Below are positions 43,224 to 54,258 of a DNA stretch of 64,000 nt, piece by piece. The position numbers were made by a program, and so were the translations under genes. Every line of letters starts with the position of its first letter. The first letter of the stretch is position 1. A model generated the notes under the pieces. The model was not told the origin of the DNA. It did not search any database and was given only the letters and a program-made list of their open reading frames with translations. This stretch comes from Planctomycetota bacterium (GTDB lineage Bacteria; Planctomycetota; B15-G4), in assembly GCA_965248575.1 (NCBI GenBank), contig CBDFJQ010000002.1, forward strand, positions 192,001-256,000, in the 5' to 3' direction.

Positions 43224-45740
43224 ATGGCTCGCATGCAGACTCCTCCAACTTCCGCTGACGTCGCAGCTTTCCGCGACGCCATTCTCAAGCACGTGCGCTA
43301 CTCCTTGGGGCGTGATTGGGAAGGGCTCTCCGGACGCGAGCTGTTCCAGGCTGTGTCGCTCGCCGTTCGGGACCACATCGTGGACGGCATGCTGGCCACC
43401 GAGAACCGCTACAAGGATGAAGACCGCAAGCGGATCTACTACTTGTCCATGGAGTTCCTGATGGGCCGGTCGCTGGGCAACAACCTGCACAACCTCGGCC
43501 TGTTCGATGTGTGCAAGGACGCCCTGATGGAGATGGGAGTCGATCTCGAGGAGCTGGAGGCCGGCGAAGTGGATGCCGCGCTCGGAAACGGTGGCCTGGG
43601 GCGCCTGGCCGCGTGCTTCCTGGATTCCATGGCCTCGTTGGACCTGCCGGGCTTCGGCTACGGCATCAACTACGAATTCGGCCTGTTCCAACAGAAGATC
43701 GACAACGGTTGGCAGAAGGAGTTCCCCGACCATTGGCTGGCCTTTGGAACTCCTTGGCAGATCGAGCGCCCCGACGAGCAGGTGCTGGTGCCGCTGTTCG
43801 GGCACATCGAGCAAATGCATGACATGGACGGGGTCCAGAACTCCATGTGGCTCGGTTGGAAGGTTCTGGTGGGTTCGCCGCACGACATGCCCGTGGTGGG
43901 CTACGGCGGCCAGACCGTAAACGTCCTGCGGCTCTACGCGGCCCGTGCCTCCGATGAGTTCGACATGTCGATCTTCAACGAAGGCGACTACATCGAAGCG
44001 GTGAAGCGCAAGGTGGAGAGCGAGACGGTCTCGAAGGTGCTCTACCCGTCCGACGACGTCGAGAAGGGCCGCGAGCTGCGTCTCGTGCAGGAGTACTTCT
44101 TCACGTCCTGCGCCATCCAGAACATCGTGCGCACCTACCTGGACAAGCACGGCGACTTCTCGAAGTTCGCCGAGCGCGTGGCGATCCAGCTGAACGACAC
44201 GCACCCGGCGATGGCTGTGGCTGAGCTGATGCGTGTTCTCATGGACGAGCACGGCATCGAGTGGTCCCAGGCCTGGGAGACGACGCAGGCGACCTTGGCC
44301 TACACGAACCACACGCTCCTGCCGGAGGCCCTGGAGCGCTGGTCCCGTTCCCTCGTGGAACGCGTCCTGCCGCGTCACCTGCAGATCATCGAAGCCATTG
44401 ACGAGCAGTTCCTGGCGTCCGTGCGCGAGCGCTGGCCCATGGATGAGGACAAGCTCGGTCGGATGGCGATCGTGGATCGCAACGAGGCCGACCCCCAGAT
44501 CCGCATGGCCCACCTCGCCATCGTCGGCAGTCACTCCGTCAACGGTGTGGCCGAGCTGCACTCCGAGTTGGTGAAGTCCGAGTTGGTCCCTGACTTCTAT
44601 GAGATGTGGCCGGAGCGCTTCAACAACAAGACTAATGGCGTGACCCAGCGGCGCTGGCTGCTGGCCAGCAACCCGAAGCTGGCAAACCTGATCACGGAGT
44701 GTGTGGGTGAGGGCTGGCTCTTCGACCTTGACCTGCTGCGCGGGCTTGAAGCCCACGTCGATGACCCCTCCTTCCGGGAGGAGTTCCAGTCCATCAAGCG
44801 CGAGAACAAGCAGCGCTTGGGGCAGATCATCCGTGACACGGTGCACGTCACGACGGATGCCGGTTCGATGTTCGACATCCAGGCCAAGCGCATCCACGAG
44901 TACAAGCGCCAGCTGATGTTGGCCATGTACGTCGTGCATGAGTACCTCGGCATCGTCGAGGATGGCGTCATGCCCATCGCTCCGCGCACCGTGGTGTTCG
45001 CCGGCAAGGCGGCGCCCGGTTACTGGGCCGCCAAGCAGCACATCAAGCTGATCAACAACATCGCCGAGGTGGTCAACAACGACCCGCGGGTGCAGGGCAT
45101 GTTGCGGGTCGCCTTCGTCCCGAACTATCGCGTGTCCCTCGCCGAGCGCATCTTCCCGGCCGCCGATCTAAGTGAACAGATCTCCACGGCAGGCATGGAG
45201 GCATCCGGCACGGGCAACATGAAATTCGCCCTGAACGGTGCGCTCACCATGGGCACCCTCGATGGCGCCAACGTCGAGATCCGGGAAGAGGTGGGTGACG
45301 AGAACATCTTCATCTTCGGGACCAGGTCCGAGGAGGTCTCCTCCCTGCGGGCACGCAACGCCTACGACCCGGTGCTGCACTACGAGCGCAGCCCGACCAT
45401 CCAGCGCGTGCTGGACGCCATCGCGGGGCCGATGTTCAGCCGCGAGAACCCCGGCATGTTCAAGTGGATCAAGGAAAGCCTGCTCGAGGGCGGCGACTAC
45501 TTCTTCCTGCTGGCGGATTTTGAGTCCTACGTGGTGACGCAGCAGGCGGCCTCGCGCCTCTTCCTCGACACCGAGACCTGGACGCGCAAGGCCATCCTGA
45601 ATGTCGCCCGCATGGGCAAGTTCTCGAGTGACCGCACCATCCGCGAATACGCCCGGGACATCTGGAATGTGCACCCGGCCGTGTTGCGGCCCGTGCCGAT
45701 CCCGGAGGTCCACGGCAGCGACGAGCCCGTCAGGACCTGA
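43224..45740 (+). CDS. glgP: Glycogen/starch/alpha-glucan phosphorylase
   Basis: LGNGGLGRLAAC, QLNDTHP, TNHT, KRIHEYKRQ, and PLP-lysine motif EASGTGNMK. Confidence 0.97.
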   Translation: MARMQTPPTSADVAAFRDAILKHVRYSLGRDWEGLSGRELFQAVSLAVRDHIVDGMLATENRYKDEDRKRIYYLSMEFLMGRSLGNNLHNLGLFDVCKDALMEMGVDLEELEAGEVDAALGNGGLGRLAACFLDSMASLDLPGFGYGINYEFGLFQQKIDNGWQKEFPDHWLAFGTPWQIERPDEQVLVPLFGHIEQMHDMDGVQNSMWLGWKVLVGSPHDMPVVGYGGQTVNVLRLYAARASDEFDMSIFNEGDYIEAVKRKVESETVSKVLYPSDDVEKGRELRLVQEYFFTSCAIQNIVRTYLDKHGDFSKFAERVAIQLNDTHPAMAVAELMRVLMDEHGIEWSQAWETTQATLAYTNHTLLPEALERWSRSLVERVLPRHLQIIEAIDEQFLASVRERWPMDEDKLGRMAIVDRNEADPQIRMAHLAIVGSHSVNGVAELHSELVKSELVPDFYEMWPERFNNKTNGVTQRRWLLASNPKLANLITECVGEGWLFDLDLLRGLEAHVDDPSFREEFQSIKRENKQRLGQIIRDTVHVTTDAGSMFDIQAKRIHEYKRQLMLAMYVVHEYLGIVEDGVMPIAPRTVVFAGKAAPGYWAAKQHIKLINNIAEVVNNDPRVQGMLRVAFVPNYRVSLAERIFPAADLSEQISTAGMEASGTGNMKFALNGALTMGTLDGANVEIREEVGDENIFIFGTRSEEVSSLRARNAYDPVLHYERSPTIQRVLDAIAGPMFSRENPGMFKWIKESLLEGGDYFFLLADFESYVVTQQAASRLFLDTETWTRKAILNVARMGKFSSDRTIREYARDIWNVHPAVLRPVPIPEVHGSDEPVRT

Positions 45741-45791
45741 GGCCTGGTCTTCACCCCGGTAGGCCCCCATTTGGCAGCGGGGGACGGTCCG

Positions 45792-46898
45792 TCAGGACTT
45801 GTCCTTGTCCCGTGGGGGGCCGTTCGAGAGCAGGATGGCCATGCCGCGTGTAGACTCGAAGTTGGCGAACACGATCTGCGCCGTCGCTGTCAGCGGCACC
45901 GCCAGGAACGTTCCGGTGACGCCCCAGAGGGCGGCCCAGACCACCACTGACACCAAGATCACGAGCGGCGAGAGGTTGAGTTCCCGACCCAGCAAGCGCG
46001 GTTCGATGAAACTGCCGAGCATGACGTTCACCACCACGTAGGTGCCGGCCACGATCAGCGGATCAGTGAGCCCTTCGCGATCCGCAAGGGCGGTCGTGAT
46101 TGGGAGGATGGCTGCGGCCAGGCTGCCGAAGGTGGGGATGTAGTTCAGCAGGTAGGTCATGAAGCCGAACAGCAGCGCGTAGGGCAGGTTCAGGTACAGC
46201 AACACCGAGTAGCAGAGCACGCCGGTCGAGAGCGATGTGACCGTCTTCACGCCCAGGTAGCGCTGGATGCGCAGGCTGATGGAGATCAGGGCCTTCTCGG
46301 CATCGGCGCTGCGGTGGCGCGCCATGGCAATGATCTTGCGCCGGAACACCGCCTGCTCCGCGAAGATGAAGACCATGTAGAGCACGACCAGGAACAGGCC
46401 GAGCATGAAGTCCTTCACCGTGCCGAACAAGTTCACGAACAGCGACGTCAGATCGATGCCGTTGATCAGGTTGAGGACGGTGGCCTCACCTTCCTCGGGC
46501 AGTCCAAAGCTCTCGATGCGCTTGAGCAGCTGGGCCTTGAGCTGGCCGATGCCCTGATTGCCGCCGTTGACTTGTTCGCCGTCGACGATTTGTACGCTGC
46601 TGCCGTTGGGCTCGCCCACGAAGTCGCTCAGCTGGGCGAACAGCAGGTAGCCCCCTGTGATCAGGGCGTAAACCAGCAGCGCCAAGAGCAGGACCACCGT
46701 GACCCAGGAAGGGATGCGGTAGCGAGCCAGGGTGCGCACGACGGGCTGCAGCACATTGCAGAGCAGCAGCGCGATGACCAGCGGCTGCAGGATGGGCGCT
46801 GCGGAGATCAGAAGCCAGCCCACCAGGATGGTGGCGACCACGCCCACCAGTGCGGTGAGCGCATGAATGGACGACTTGCTCCCGGGCTGGGTCGACAT
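45792..46898 (-). CDS. AI-2E family transporter
   Basis: LNYIPTFG, IEPRLLG..LNLSP and WG..G.FLAVPL motifs. Confidence 0.9.
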   Translation of the reverse strand: MSTQPGSKSSIHALTALVGVVATILVGWLLISAAPILQPLVIALLLCNVLQPVVRTLARYRIPSWVTVVLLLALLVYALITGGYLLFAQLSDFVGEPNGSSVQIVDGEQVNGGNQGIGQLKAQLLKRIESFGLPEEGEATVLNLINGIDLTSLFVNLFGTVKDFMLGLFLVVLYMVFIFAEQAVFRRKIIAMARHRSADAEKALISISLRIQRYLGVKTVTSLSTGVLCYSVLLYLNLPYALLFGFMTYLLNYIPTFGSLAAAILPITTALADREGLTDPLIVAGTYVVVNVMLGSFIEPRLLGRELNLSPLVILVSVVVWAALWGVTGTFLAVPLTATAQIVFANFESTRGMAILLSNGPPRDKDKS

Positions 46899-47053
46899 GG
46901 GCGCCAGTCTAGTGTCCGGAGCCCGGCATTTCCTCGGGCCATGTCGGGCTTCTTTTTGGCGGCTGAGTTCGGGCAAGCCCCGGGAGCCTTATGCTCTGGC
47001 TCGACGCGCAGCGGCGGGGCCCGCTGCCGCCCATGTGATCCAGGGAACTCCCC

Positions 47054-48664
47054 ATGCCGCTGCCTGCGCCATCGCCCGCCCGGGCCCCAGCCGCGCCGAA
47101 GGTTCGGTGGATGGTCCGCGGTGACATCGACGGCTTCTTCGGCCTGGCTCTCGACAACCTGGTCCAGCTGATTCTGATCGACAACCTGTGTCGCTTCGTG
47201 CTCGGCTTTCCGACGGAGCTGATCTACGGGCGCATCCTGCCCGGGGTGGCTGTGTCCCTGCTGCTCGGTAATGTGTTCTACGCTTGGCAGGCCATTCGCC
47301 TGGCGCGTCAGGAGGGGCGTGACGATGTGTGCGCCTTGCCCTATGGGATCAACACGCCGTCGCTTTTCGCTCACGTGTTCCTGGTCATGCTGCCCGCCAA
47401 GCTGGCCGCAGAGGCTGCCGGTCTGGCGAACCCCAGTGACATCGCCTGGAAGGCCGGCCTGGTCGCGTGCCTCGGTTCGGGGCTGATCGAGCTGGGAGGG
47501 TCCGTGGTGGCGGAGCGCCTGCGGCGATTCGCACCGCGGGCCGCTCTGCTTTCGACGCTCGCGGGCATCGCCATCACCTTCATCGCGTTGGGTTTCCTGT
47601 TCCGCACCTATGCCCGGCCGATCGTCGGGCTGACGACCCTGGGTGTCGTGTTCCTCACCTTCTTCGGGCGGGTCCGCTTCCGGTGGGGGCTGCCCGGCGG
47701 GTTGGTGGCTGTGGGGCTCGGAACCGCGCTGGCCTTCGCGACGGGGATCGCACCCGTGGGCGGGGCGCCGGCCGCCGGCGCCGGCTTCTACCCGCCTCTC
47801 CTGGCCGCCGGGGCCCTGTTCGAAGGCTTGGGGGAGGGCGTGCTCTGGGCCTCCCTGGCCGTGATCATTCCCATGGGCCTGTTCAATCTCGTGGGTTCAC
47901 TGCAGAACATCGAGTCCGCGGAAGCGAGCGGCGACTCCTTCCGCAGCGGCCCGTCGCTGGCGGTCAACGGCGTGGGCAGCATGGCGGCCGCGCTCTTCGG
48001 GTCGTGCTTTCCCACGACCATCTACATCGGCCACCCGGGCTGGAAGGCCATGGGCGCGCGGGCTGGCTACTCCGTGCTCAACGGGCTGTTCTTCACTGTG
48101 ATCTGCCTGTCGGGTCTCGTCGCCCATGTCGTCTGGGCGGTGCCGGTGGATGCAGGCATGGCTATCGTGCTCTGGATCGGCATTGTCATCACGGCTCAGG
48201 CTTTCCAGGCCACACCGCGCAGCCATGCCCCAGCTGTGGTGGTGGGCTTGCTGCCAGGGATCGCCGCCTGGGGCACCCTGCTCATGAAGACGTCGCTGCG
48301 GGTTGCAGGCTACGGCTCTTCCGACGGGCCTCCCTTGGACGCCTCGCTCATGAGCAGCTTCCAGCAGAGTGATGTGTGGGTGCACGGTGCCTTCGCGCTC
48401 GAGAGTGGCTTCATCTTCACGGCCATGATCCTGGCTGCCACCACGGTCTGCGTCATTGAGCAGCAGTTCCGCCGGGCTGCCGGCTGGTGTTTCTGCGCGG
48501 GGCTCATCAGCTGCACGGGCCTGATGCACGGCTATTCGTTCACCCCCAGCGACACGGTGCTGAAGCTCTCGCTCGAGGCTCCATGGAACAACCCCTGGGC
48601 GCTGGGCTACCTCTTGTTGGCCGCGCTCTTCTTCAGCGCGCCGTGGACGACTCGACCCGAATGA
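47054..48664 (+). CDS. NCS2/AzgA-like nucleobase permease
   Basis: [27 protein letters not shown] and [12 protein letters not shown] motifs. Start uncertain (47054 or 47111). Confidence 0.8.
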   Translation: MPLPAPSPARAPAAPKVRWMVRGDIDGFFGLALDNLVQLILIDNLCRFVLGFPTELIYGRILPGVAVSLLLGNVFYAWQAIRLARQEGRDDVCALPYGINTPSLFAHVFLVMLPAKLAAEAAGLANPSDIAWKAGLVACLGSGLIELGGSVVAERLRRFAPRAALLSTLAGIAITFIALGFLFRTYARPIVGLTTLGVVFLTFFGRVRFRWGLPGGLVAVGLGTALAFATGIAPVGGAPAAGAGFYPPLLAAGALFEGLGEGVLWASLAVIIPMGLFNLVGSLQNIESAEASGDSFRSGPSLAVNGVGSMAAALFGSCFPTTIYIGHPGWKAMGARAGYSVLNGLFFTVICLSGLVAHVVWAVPVDAGMAIVLWIGIVITAQAFQATPRSHAPAVVVGLLPGIAAWGTLLMKTSLRVAGYGSSDGPPLDASLMSSFQQSDVWVHGAFALESGFIFTAMILAATTVCVIEQQFRRAAGWCFCAGLISCTGLMHGYSFTPSDTVLKLSLEAPWNNPWALGYLLLAALFFSAPWTTRPE

Positions 48665-48766
48665 TCCCCTGGGCATTCGCTGGGCGCGGTGTTCTGACCG
48701 CGGCAGCGAGACATGAGCCTTGCGAGCGGGGCGCCACCCTGATGCTCTCCGGGTTACCCTGCGCCG

Positions 48767-49636
48767 ATGCCGCCTATCGAGCCCTCCGATCCGAATCCGG
48801 ATTCCCCTAGCGCTCGAGCGAGGCGTCTTGAGTCGGCGTCGGCCATGAGCATTGAACGCGTGGACTCGGACGGCACCCGAAGTGCGGCGCAAGACGCCGT
48901 GGTGGTGGAGGAGCCGCTCGAAGTCCGCCTGGGGAGCCGGAGCCTGCTGGTGACCATGCGCACGCCGGGCGACGACGGCGATCTCGTGCGAGGCCTGCTC
49001 TACACCGAGGGGCTCGTGCCCGAGCCCGAAGACGTGACCGCCGTTCGAGAATGCCGCGATGTCCCGGATGAGGCCCGGGGCAACGTCATGGTGGTGTCCC
49101 TCCGGAGGGGGGTCGAGCTGGACGAGGAGCGGACCGTGCGGGCTGGCCTGGTGTCGTCCGGCTGTGGCGTCTGTGGCAAGACCACACTGGATGCAATCCA
49201 GGTGGCGACGCCGGCCGTGGCACCGGGACCCGTGCTGAGCTCGAAGTTGCTCTTGGGGTTGCCCGCTGCCTTGCGCCCGAAGCAGGCTGTTTTCGCGTCG
49301 ACCGGCGGGCTGCACGCAGCCGCGCTCTTCGACGAGTCGGGCAAGCTGCTGAGCCTCAAGGAGGACGTGGGCCGCCACAACGCCGTGGACAAGGTGGTGG
49401 GGGAGGCCATGCGCTTCGGCCGCCTGCCGCTCGCCACGAGCATCCTCCTGGTTTCGGGCCGCGCGGGGTTCGAGATCATCCAGAAGGCCCGGCGAGCTGG
49501 CATTCCCGTGGTCTGCTCCGTATCAGCCCCCTCGACCCTGGCCGTTCAACTGGCTCGGGACGGTCGCCAGACCCTCGTAGGCTTCCTGAGAGACGGACGC
49601 TTCAATGTCTACTCGGGAGCGGAGCGGGTGGGCTAG
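48767..49636 (+). CDS. fdhD: Formate dehydrogenase accessory sulfurtransferase
   Basis: EEPL, TMRTPG, SGCGVCG, TGGLHAA, EDVGRHNAVDK and SAPS motifs. Confidence 0.94.
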   Translation: MPPIEPSDPNPDSPSARARRLESASAMSIERVDSDGTRSAAQDAVVVEEPLEVRLGSRSLLVTMRTPGDDGDLVRGLLYTEGLVPEPEDVTAVRECRDVPDEARGNVMVVSLRRGVELDEERTVRAGLVSSGCGVCGKTTLDAIQVATPAVAPGPVLSSKLLLGLPAALRPKQAVFASTGGLHAAALFDESGKLLSLKEDVGRHNAVDKVVGEAMRFGRLPLATSILLVSGRAGFEIIQKARRAGIPVVCSVSAPSTLAVQLARDGRQTLVGFLRDGRFNVYSGAERVG

Positions 49637-49770
49637 CGGCGTCACGCCCTCCGGCGCGGTAGTCTGTCCGCGCAGCCCGCTTGCCTCCCCCTCGTCCCCT
49701 CCGCCCTCTCAACCCAACCTGAACCCTCGCCGGCCCACGCATCGCGTGAAGGGGCCGAGCCCGCAGGAGC

Positions 49771-51210
49771 TTGATGATCGTGCATCGCTGTCCAGACGCC
49801 TTGGATTCCCTCAGATGGCTGCTGCTCGTCGCCCTGGCCCTGGCCCCCGCCTGCGGCGTGGATGCGCCTGGCGGACGGAACATCGTGATCATCACCACCG
49901 ACACCACAAGAGCTGATTTTCTAGGGGTTTACGGCTCGAAGCTGGGTGTGACACCACGCCTGGACGCTCTCGCTGCGAAGGGGGTCGTGTACGAGAATGC
50001 CTACGCGCCCATGCCCCAAACGCTGCCCTCGCACTCGACCTTGTTCACGGGTCTGAGCCCCCGGGAGCACCTCGCGCTGGAAAACAGCTATCAACTCGCG
50101 GAGGGCTTCCCGACGCTCGCCGAGCTCTCCAGTGAGCGGGGATATGCCACGGGAGCCTTCATCGGCGCCCTGGTGCTGGACACCGAAACAGGCATTCAGC
50201 AGGGGTTCCAGACTTTCGACCTGCCGCGCGGGGTTTGGAACGAGGGCCGCGAGGGGCACCCGCCCCAGCGCATCGCCGAGCAGGTGACCGCTGCCGCCCT
50301 CAAGTGGGCGGACAACCTGCAGCCCGGCCATCCCTACCTCTTATGGGCCCACTACTACGACCCGCATGGGGACAGCTCCAAGGGCTTCACGCCCCCGGCC
50401 CGCCACCGGGCCAAGATCGACATGCCGGCCCTGCGCGCCCAGATGGCCCAGAGTGAGTCTCTGAGCGACGATCTCCCCCAAGGCGCTCGGACGGAGTTCT
50501 GGGCTCAGTACGCCGCAGAGGTCCGCTACACGGATGAGCAGGTGGGCCTGTTGCTGGACGGGCTCGAGCAGCGCGGCCTCATGAAGGACACCCTCGTCGC
50601 CGTGGTCGGGGACCATGGGGAAGGCCTTTACGAGCACGGTGTGAAGGCCCATGGGGTCTATGTCTGGGAGTCCTTGCACCGGATCCCGATGATTCTCGTC
50701 CATCCCGATGGGGAGCACGCGGGCCGCCGGGTGAGCGGCCGGGCCGCCCTGAGAGACGTCGCGCCCACCCTGAAGCAGCTGGCCATGGGCATCGAGTTCC
50801 CCGCGGGGGCGGGCATGAGTGTCGACCTCTGGTCGCCGCTGGCTGGGGCAGAGGCGCAGCTTCCCGAGCGCCCGGTCTTCCTGGAGCGGCCGCATTACAG
50901 CGAAGATCTGGTGAAGCGGCGCATCAAGGGGGTCGACCTCACGAAGGACAACGCCTACGGCTATCTGACCGCCGTGCTCATGGGACAGCACAAGCTCATC
51001 CGGCATCCGGACGGCTCCTCCCGGCTCTACGATCTCAGCGCGGATCCCGAGGAACTCGTGGATCTGGCAGCATCCGAGCCGGCTTTGCTGGCCAACATGG
51101 AGGGGCTCCTGGCAGATTGGATGGAGGCCAACGAGGTGGGGCTCCCGGGTGAGGGGACTGAGCTGTCGCCCGAGCGCGAGGCAGCGCTCAGGGCACTGGG
51201 ATACCTCTAG
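49771..51210 (+). CDS. Sulfatase-like hydrolase, probable lipoprotein
   Basis: DTTRAD, TPRLD, QTLPSHSTLFTG, HYYDPH, GDHGE and C-terminal LRALGY motifs; lipobox LAPAC. Start uncertain. Confidence 0.85.
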   Translation: MMIVHRCPDALDSLRWLLLVALALAPACGVDAPGGRNIVIITTDTTRADFLGVYGSKLGVTPRLDALAAKGVVYENAYAPMPQTLPSHSTLFTGLSPREHLALENSYQLAEGFPTLAELSSERGYATGAFIGALVLDTETGIQQGFQTFDLPRGVWNEGREGHPPQRIAEQVTAAALKWADNLQPGHPYLLWAHYYDPHGDSSKGFTPPARHRAKIDMPALRAQMAQSESLSDDLPQGARTEFWAQYAAEVRYTDEQVGLLLDGLEQRGLMKDTLVAVVGDHGEGLYEHGVKAHGVYVWESLHRIPMILVHPDGEHAGRRVSGRAALRDVAPTLKQLAMGIEFPAGAGMSVDLWSPLAGAEAQLPERPVFLERPHYSEDLVKRRIKGVDLTKDNAYGYLTAVLMGQHKLIRHPDGSSRLYDLSADPEELVDLAASEPALLANMEGLLADWMEANEVGLPGEGTELSPEREAALRALGYL

Positions 51211-51305
51211 GGCCACCGCCGACGGCGGACTCGCCTGACGGGAATCCGAACCGGCGACTTCCCCCGGCCCGGTGCTCTTGGCTACGATGCGACGGACTAC
51301 AAGTT

Positions 51306-51335
51306 TGGGCCGAACGTTTCGTTGCTGTCGGCCCA
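51306..51335 (+). promoter_or_regulatory. Inverted repeat in the nuo leader region
   Basis: TGGGCCGA-N14-TCGGCCCA. Confidence 0.3.
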
Positions 51336-51375
51336 TAGAAGCCTGTCCTCAGCTCGTCCACGGAGCCGAAAGAGC

Positions 51376-51777
51376 GTGCCGGAAAACGCCCTGAACGACT
51401 ATTTGCCCGTGCTCATGCTGCTTTTGTTCTGCGTGAGTTTTGCGGCACTCAACCTGGTGGCGTCGTGGGCGCTCGGCAAGCGCGCGCCTACCAATCCCGA
51501 CAAGGACTCGCCCTTCGAGTGCGGCATGCCGCCCCTTGAGCAGGGTCGCCGGCGCTTCAGCGTCCGCTTCTACGTCGTCGCCATGCTGTTCATCCTATTC
51601 GACGTCGAGGTGGTGTTCTTGTACCCCTGGGCCATCAAGTACAAGGCCCTGGGCATGTTCGCCTTCGTCGAGATGGTGGTGTTCCTGGGCGTGCTCTTCG
51701 TGGGCTGGTGGTATGTGGTCAAGAAGGGCGCCCTCGATTGGGGCAGCCAGCCCAAGCCTGGGAGGACGGTGCGATGA
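51376..51777 (+). CDS. nuoA: NADH-quinone oxidoreductase subunit A
   Basis: FECG, FILFDVE, YPWA and KGALDW motifs. Confidence 0.95.
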   Translation: MPENALNDYLPVLMLLLFCVSFAALNLVASWALGKRAPTNPDKDSPFECGMPPLEQGRRRFSVRFYVVAMLFILFDVEVVFLYPWAIKYKALGMFAFVEMVVFLGVLFVGWWYVVKKGALDWGSQPKPGRTVR

Positions 51778-52310
51778 CCCCCGCAGACGGACAGGGAACC
51801 ACCACCACCGAGTTCGTCGTGCCGGAGCAGTCCTCCGACACCGGCTTGAATGAGGAGGGGGGCTTCTTCGTCACCAAGGCGGATGCCCTGGTGAACTGGA
51901 GCCGCAAGAACTCACTCTGGCCCCTGCCCCTGGGCCTGTCCTGCTGCGCCATCGAATTCATGGCCACAGCGGCCAGCAAGTACGACATGGCCCGCTTCGG
52001 GGCCGAGGTCGCGCGCTTCAGCCCGCGCCAGGCGGACCTCATGCTCGTGGCGGGCACCTGCACCTACAAGATGGCCGAGGCCGCTCGCCGGATCTACGAC
52101 CAGATGGCCGAGCCCAAGTGGGTGATCAGCATGGGGGCATGCGCCAGCAGCGGCGGCATGTACCGCACGTACAGCGTGGTGCAGGGCATCGACACCTTCG
52201 TGCCTGTGGACTTCTACATCTCCGGCTGTCCTCCGCGCCCTGAGAACGTGCTCAACACCATGATGAAGCTGCAGAAGAAGATCGAAACCGAGAAGACGTT
52301 GCGGCCGTAG
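51774..52310 (+). CDS. nuoB: NADH-quinone oxidoreductase subunit B
   Basis: CCAIE, SPRQAD, MGACA and GCPPRPE motifs. Confidence 0.97.
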   Translation: MTPADGQGTTTTEFVVPEQSSDTGLNEEGGFFVTKADALVNWSRKNSLWPLPLGLSCCAIEFMATAASKYDMARFGAEVARFSPRQADLMLVAGTCTYKMAEAARRIYDQMAEPKWVISMGACASSGGMYRTYSVVQGIDTFVPVDFYISGCPPRPENVLNTMMKLQKKIETEKTLRP

Positions 52311-52348
52311 TCAGGCGAGTTTCCGCGCGCTCCAAGAACAGACGAGAC

Positions 52349-52996
52349 ATGACGAACAGCGACGACAACAAGCCCTCCCATGGTCTGCGGGCCAGCATGA
52401 CCGACCACGGCGACGCCGAAGCGGCGGCCGCCGTGCACGCGAAGTTCCCCGACGTGACACGCGTCGAGGAATACCAGGGCGATGTGCGGGTGCATGTGCA
52501 GCCGGAGAGCGAGCTGGATGTCGTCCGCTTTGCTCGCGACGAGCTCGGCTTCGACCTGTTGGTCGACCGCATGGGCGCCGACCACGGTGAAGATGCCGAA
52601 CCGCGTTTCGACGTCATCACGGCCACCTACAACCTGAGCAAGAAGAAGCGCCTGCTGTTCGTGATCACCCTGCCGGAAGAGGACCCGGTGACGCCGACCA
52701 TGATCGGCGTCTTCCGCGGCGCCAACTGGTTCGAGCGCGAGGTCTACGACATGTATGGCGTGCGCTTTTCGGGGCACCCCGACCTGCGGCGGATCCTCAT
52801 GCCGGAGAACTTCCCGGACTTCCCCCTGCGGCGCGAGTACCCCATGGAGGGGCTCGGAGACTTCGCGGCACCGCGGCGCGCCATCGGTGGCAACGTCGAC
52901 GGCACGGACGGCAAGGTGGCAGTGCCAGAGTACCCCGGCCAGCCGGGTGAGAAGCTCGGCGACCCCTTCGGGCGCACTCCTGGAAACCGGACATGA
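52349..52996 (+). CDS. nuoC: NADH-quinone oxidoreductase subunit C
   Basis: [20 protein letters not shown] and PLRREYP motifs. Confidence 0.95.
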   Translation: MTNSDDNKPSHGLRASMTDHGDAEAAAAVHAKFPDVTRVEEYQGDVRVHVQPESELDVVRFARDELGFDLLVDRMGADHGEDAEPRFDVITATYNLSKKKRLLFVITLPEEDPVTPTMIGVFRGANWFEREVYDMYGVRFSGHPDLRRILMPENFPDFPLRREYPMEGLGDFAAPRRAIGGNVDGTDGKVAVPEYPGQPGEKLGDPFGRTPGNRT

Positions 52997-54216
52997 GCAA
53001 CACGCGCACCATGGACGTCGAGGTGGCCGAGGACCGGCACGCCGAGTCGATGATGATCAACATGGGCCCGCAGCACCCGTCGACGCACGGTGTGTTGCGC
53101 CTCGTGCTCGAGCTGGACGGCGAAGAGGTGATCAGGTGCGAACCTGATGTGGGCTTCCTGCATCGCGGCAAGGAGAAGGTGGGCGAGACCTTCTCGCTGC
53201 ACAAGTTCATCCCCTACACCGACCGGCTCGACTACCTCGCGCCCTTGAGCAACAACGTGGCCTACGCGCTGGCCGCCGAGAAGCTCACGGGCATCGAGTG
53301 CCCGCCGCGCGCCGAAGCGATCCGCGTCATCTGCCACGAGCTCTCGCGCATCTCGGCGCACCTCCTGGGTCTGGGCGCCTACGCCATGGACCTCGGCGCC
53401 ATGACCATCTTCTTGTGGACGTTCCGCGAGCGCGAGACGATCTACAGCCTCATCGAGCGCATCTGCGGCGCCCGCTTCACCACCAGCTACACCCGTCTGG
53501 GTGGTGTCGAGCGCGACTTGCCCGAAGACTTCTGGCCGCTGCTCGCATCCTTCCTCAAGGAGATGCCGGGCCGGGTGGACGAGTACGAGGGCATGCTCAG
53601 CCGCAACAAGATCTGGGTGGGGCGTACCCAAGGCGTGGGCGTCATCACCAAGGAGCAGGCGCTGCAGTACGGCCTGACCGGGCCGATCCTGCGCGCGAGC
53701 GGTGTCGAGTACGACCTGCGCAAGGCGCACCCGTACCTGGGCTACGAGAACTACGAGTTCGACGTGCCGATCGGCACCGAGGGCGACTGCTACGACCGCT
53801 ACCTCTGCCGCATCATGGAGATGCGCGAGAGCGTGAAGATCCTGCAGCAGGTCATGGACACCATCCCCGACGGCCCCGTGATGAACCGCGAGGGCGAGGA
53901 GGAGTTGAAGTCCGTGTTGCCCGAGAAGGAAAAGGTGCTCACCAACATGGAGGCCTTGATCCACCAGTTCATGGTGGGCACCAGCGACATCAACATGCCG
54001 GTGGGTGAGGTCTACTTCTCCGTGGAGAACCCCAAGGGTGAGTTGGGCTTCTACATCCGCAGCGACGGCAGCTTCAAGCCGACGCGCCTGCGCATCCGCG
54101 GGCCGTCCTTCGCCAACCTGCAAGTGCTGACCGAGCTGGTTCCAGGGCACATGATCGCCGACATCATGGCCATCCTGGGCAGCATCGACTTCGTCATGGG
54201 CGAGTGCGACCGCTAG
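52993..54216 (+). CDS. nuoD: NADH-quinone oxidoreductase subunit D
   Basis: [26 protein letters not shown] and C-terminal GECDR motifs. Confidence 0.97.
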   Translation: MSNTRTMDVEVAEDRHAESMMINMGPQHPSTHGVLRLVLELDGEEVIRCEPDVGFLHRGKEKVGETFSLHKFIPYTDRLDYLAPLSNNVAYALAAEKLTGIECPPRAEAIRVICHELSRISAHLLGLGAYAMDLGAMTIFLWTFRERETIYSLIERICGARFTTSYTRLGGVERDLPEDFWPLLASFLKEMPGRVDEYEGMLSRNKIWVGRTQGVGVITKEQALQYGLTGPILRASGVEYDLRKAHPYLGYENYEFDVPIGTEGDCYDRYLCRIMEMRESVKILQQVMDTIPDGPVMNREGEEELKSVLPEKEKVLTNMEALIHQFMVGTSDINMPVGEVYFSVENPKGELGFYIRSDGSFKPTRLRIRGPSFANLQVLTELVPGHMIADIMAILGSIDFVMGECDR

Positions 54217-54258
54217 GGCGGGCGCGCACCACGGAACTGCGAGGAGCTCACGCAAAGC

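Noticed and set aside
42855..45041. 728-aa minus-strand ORF
   Set aside because: Antisense mirror of glgP.
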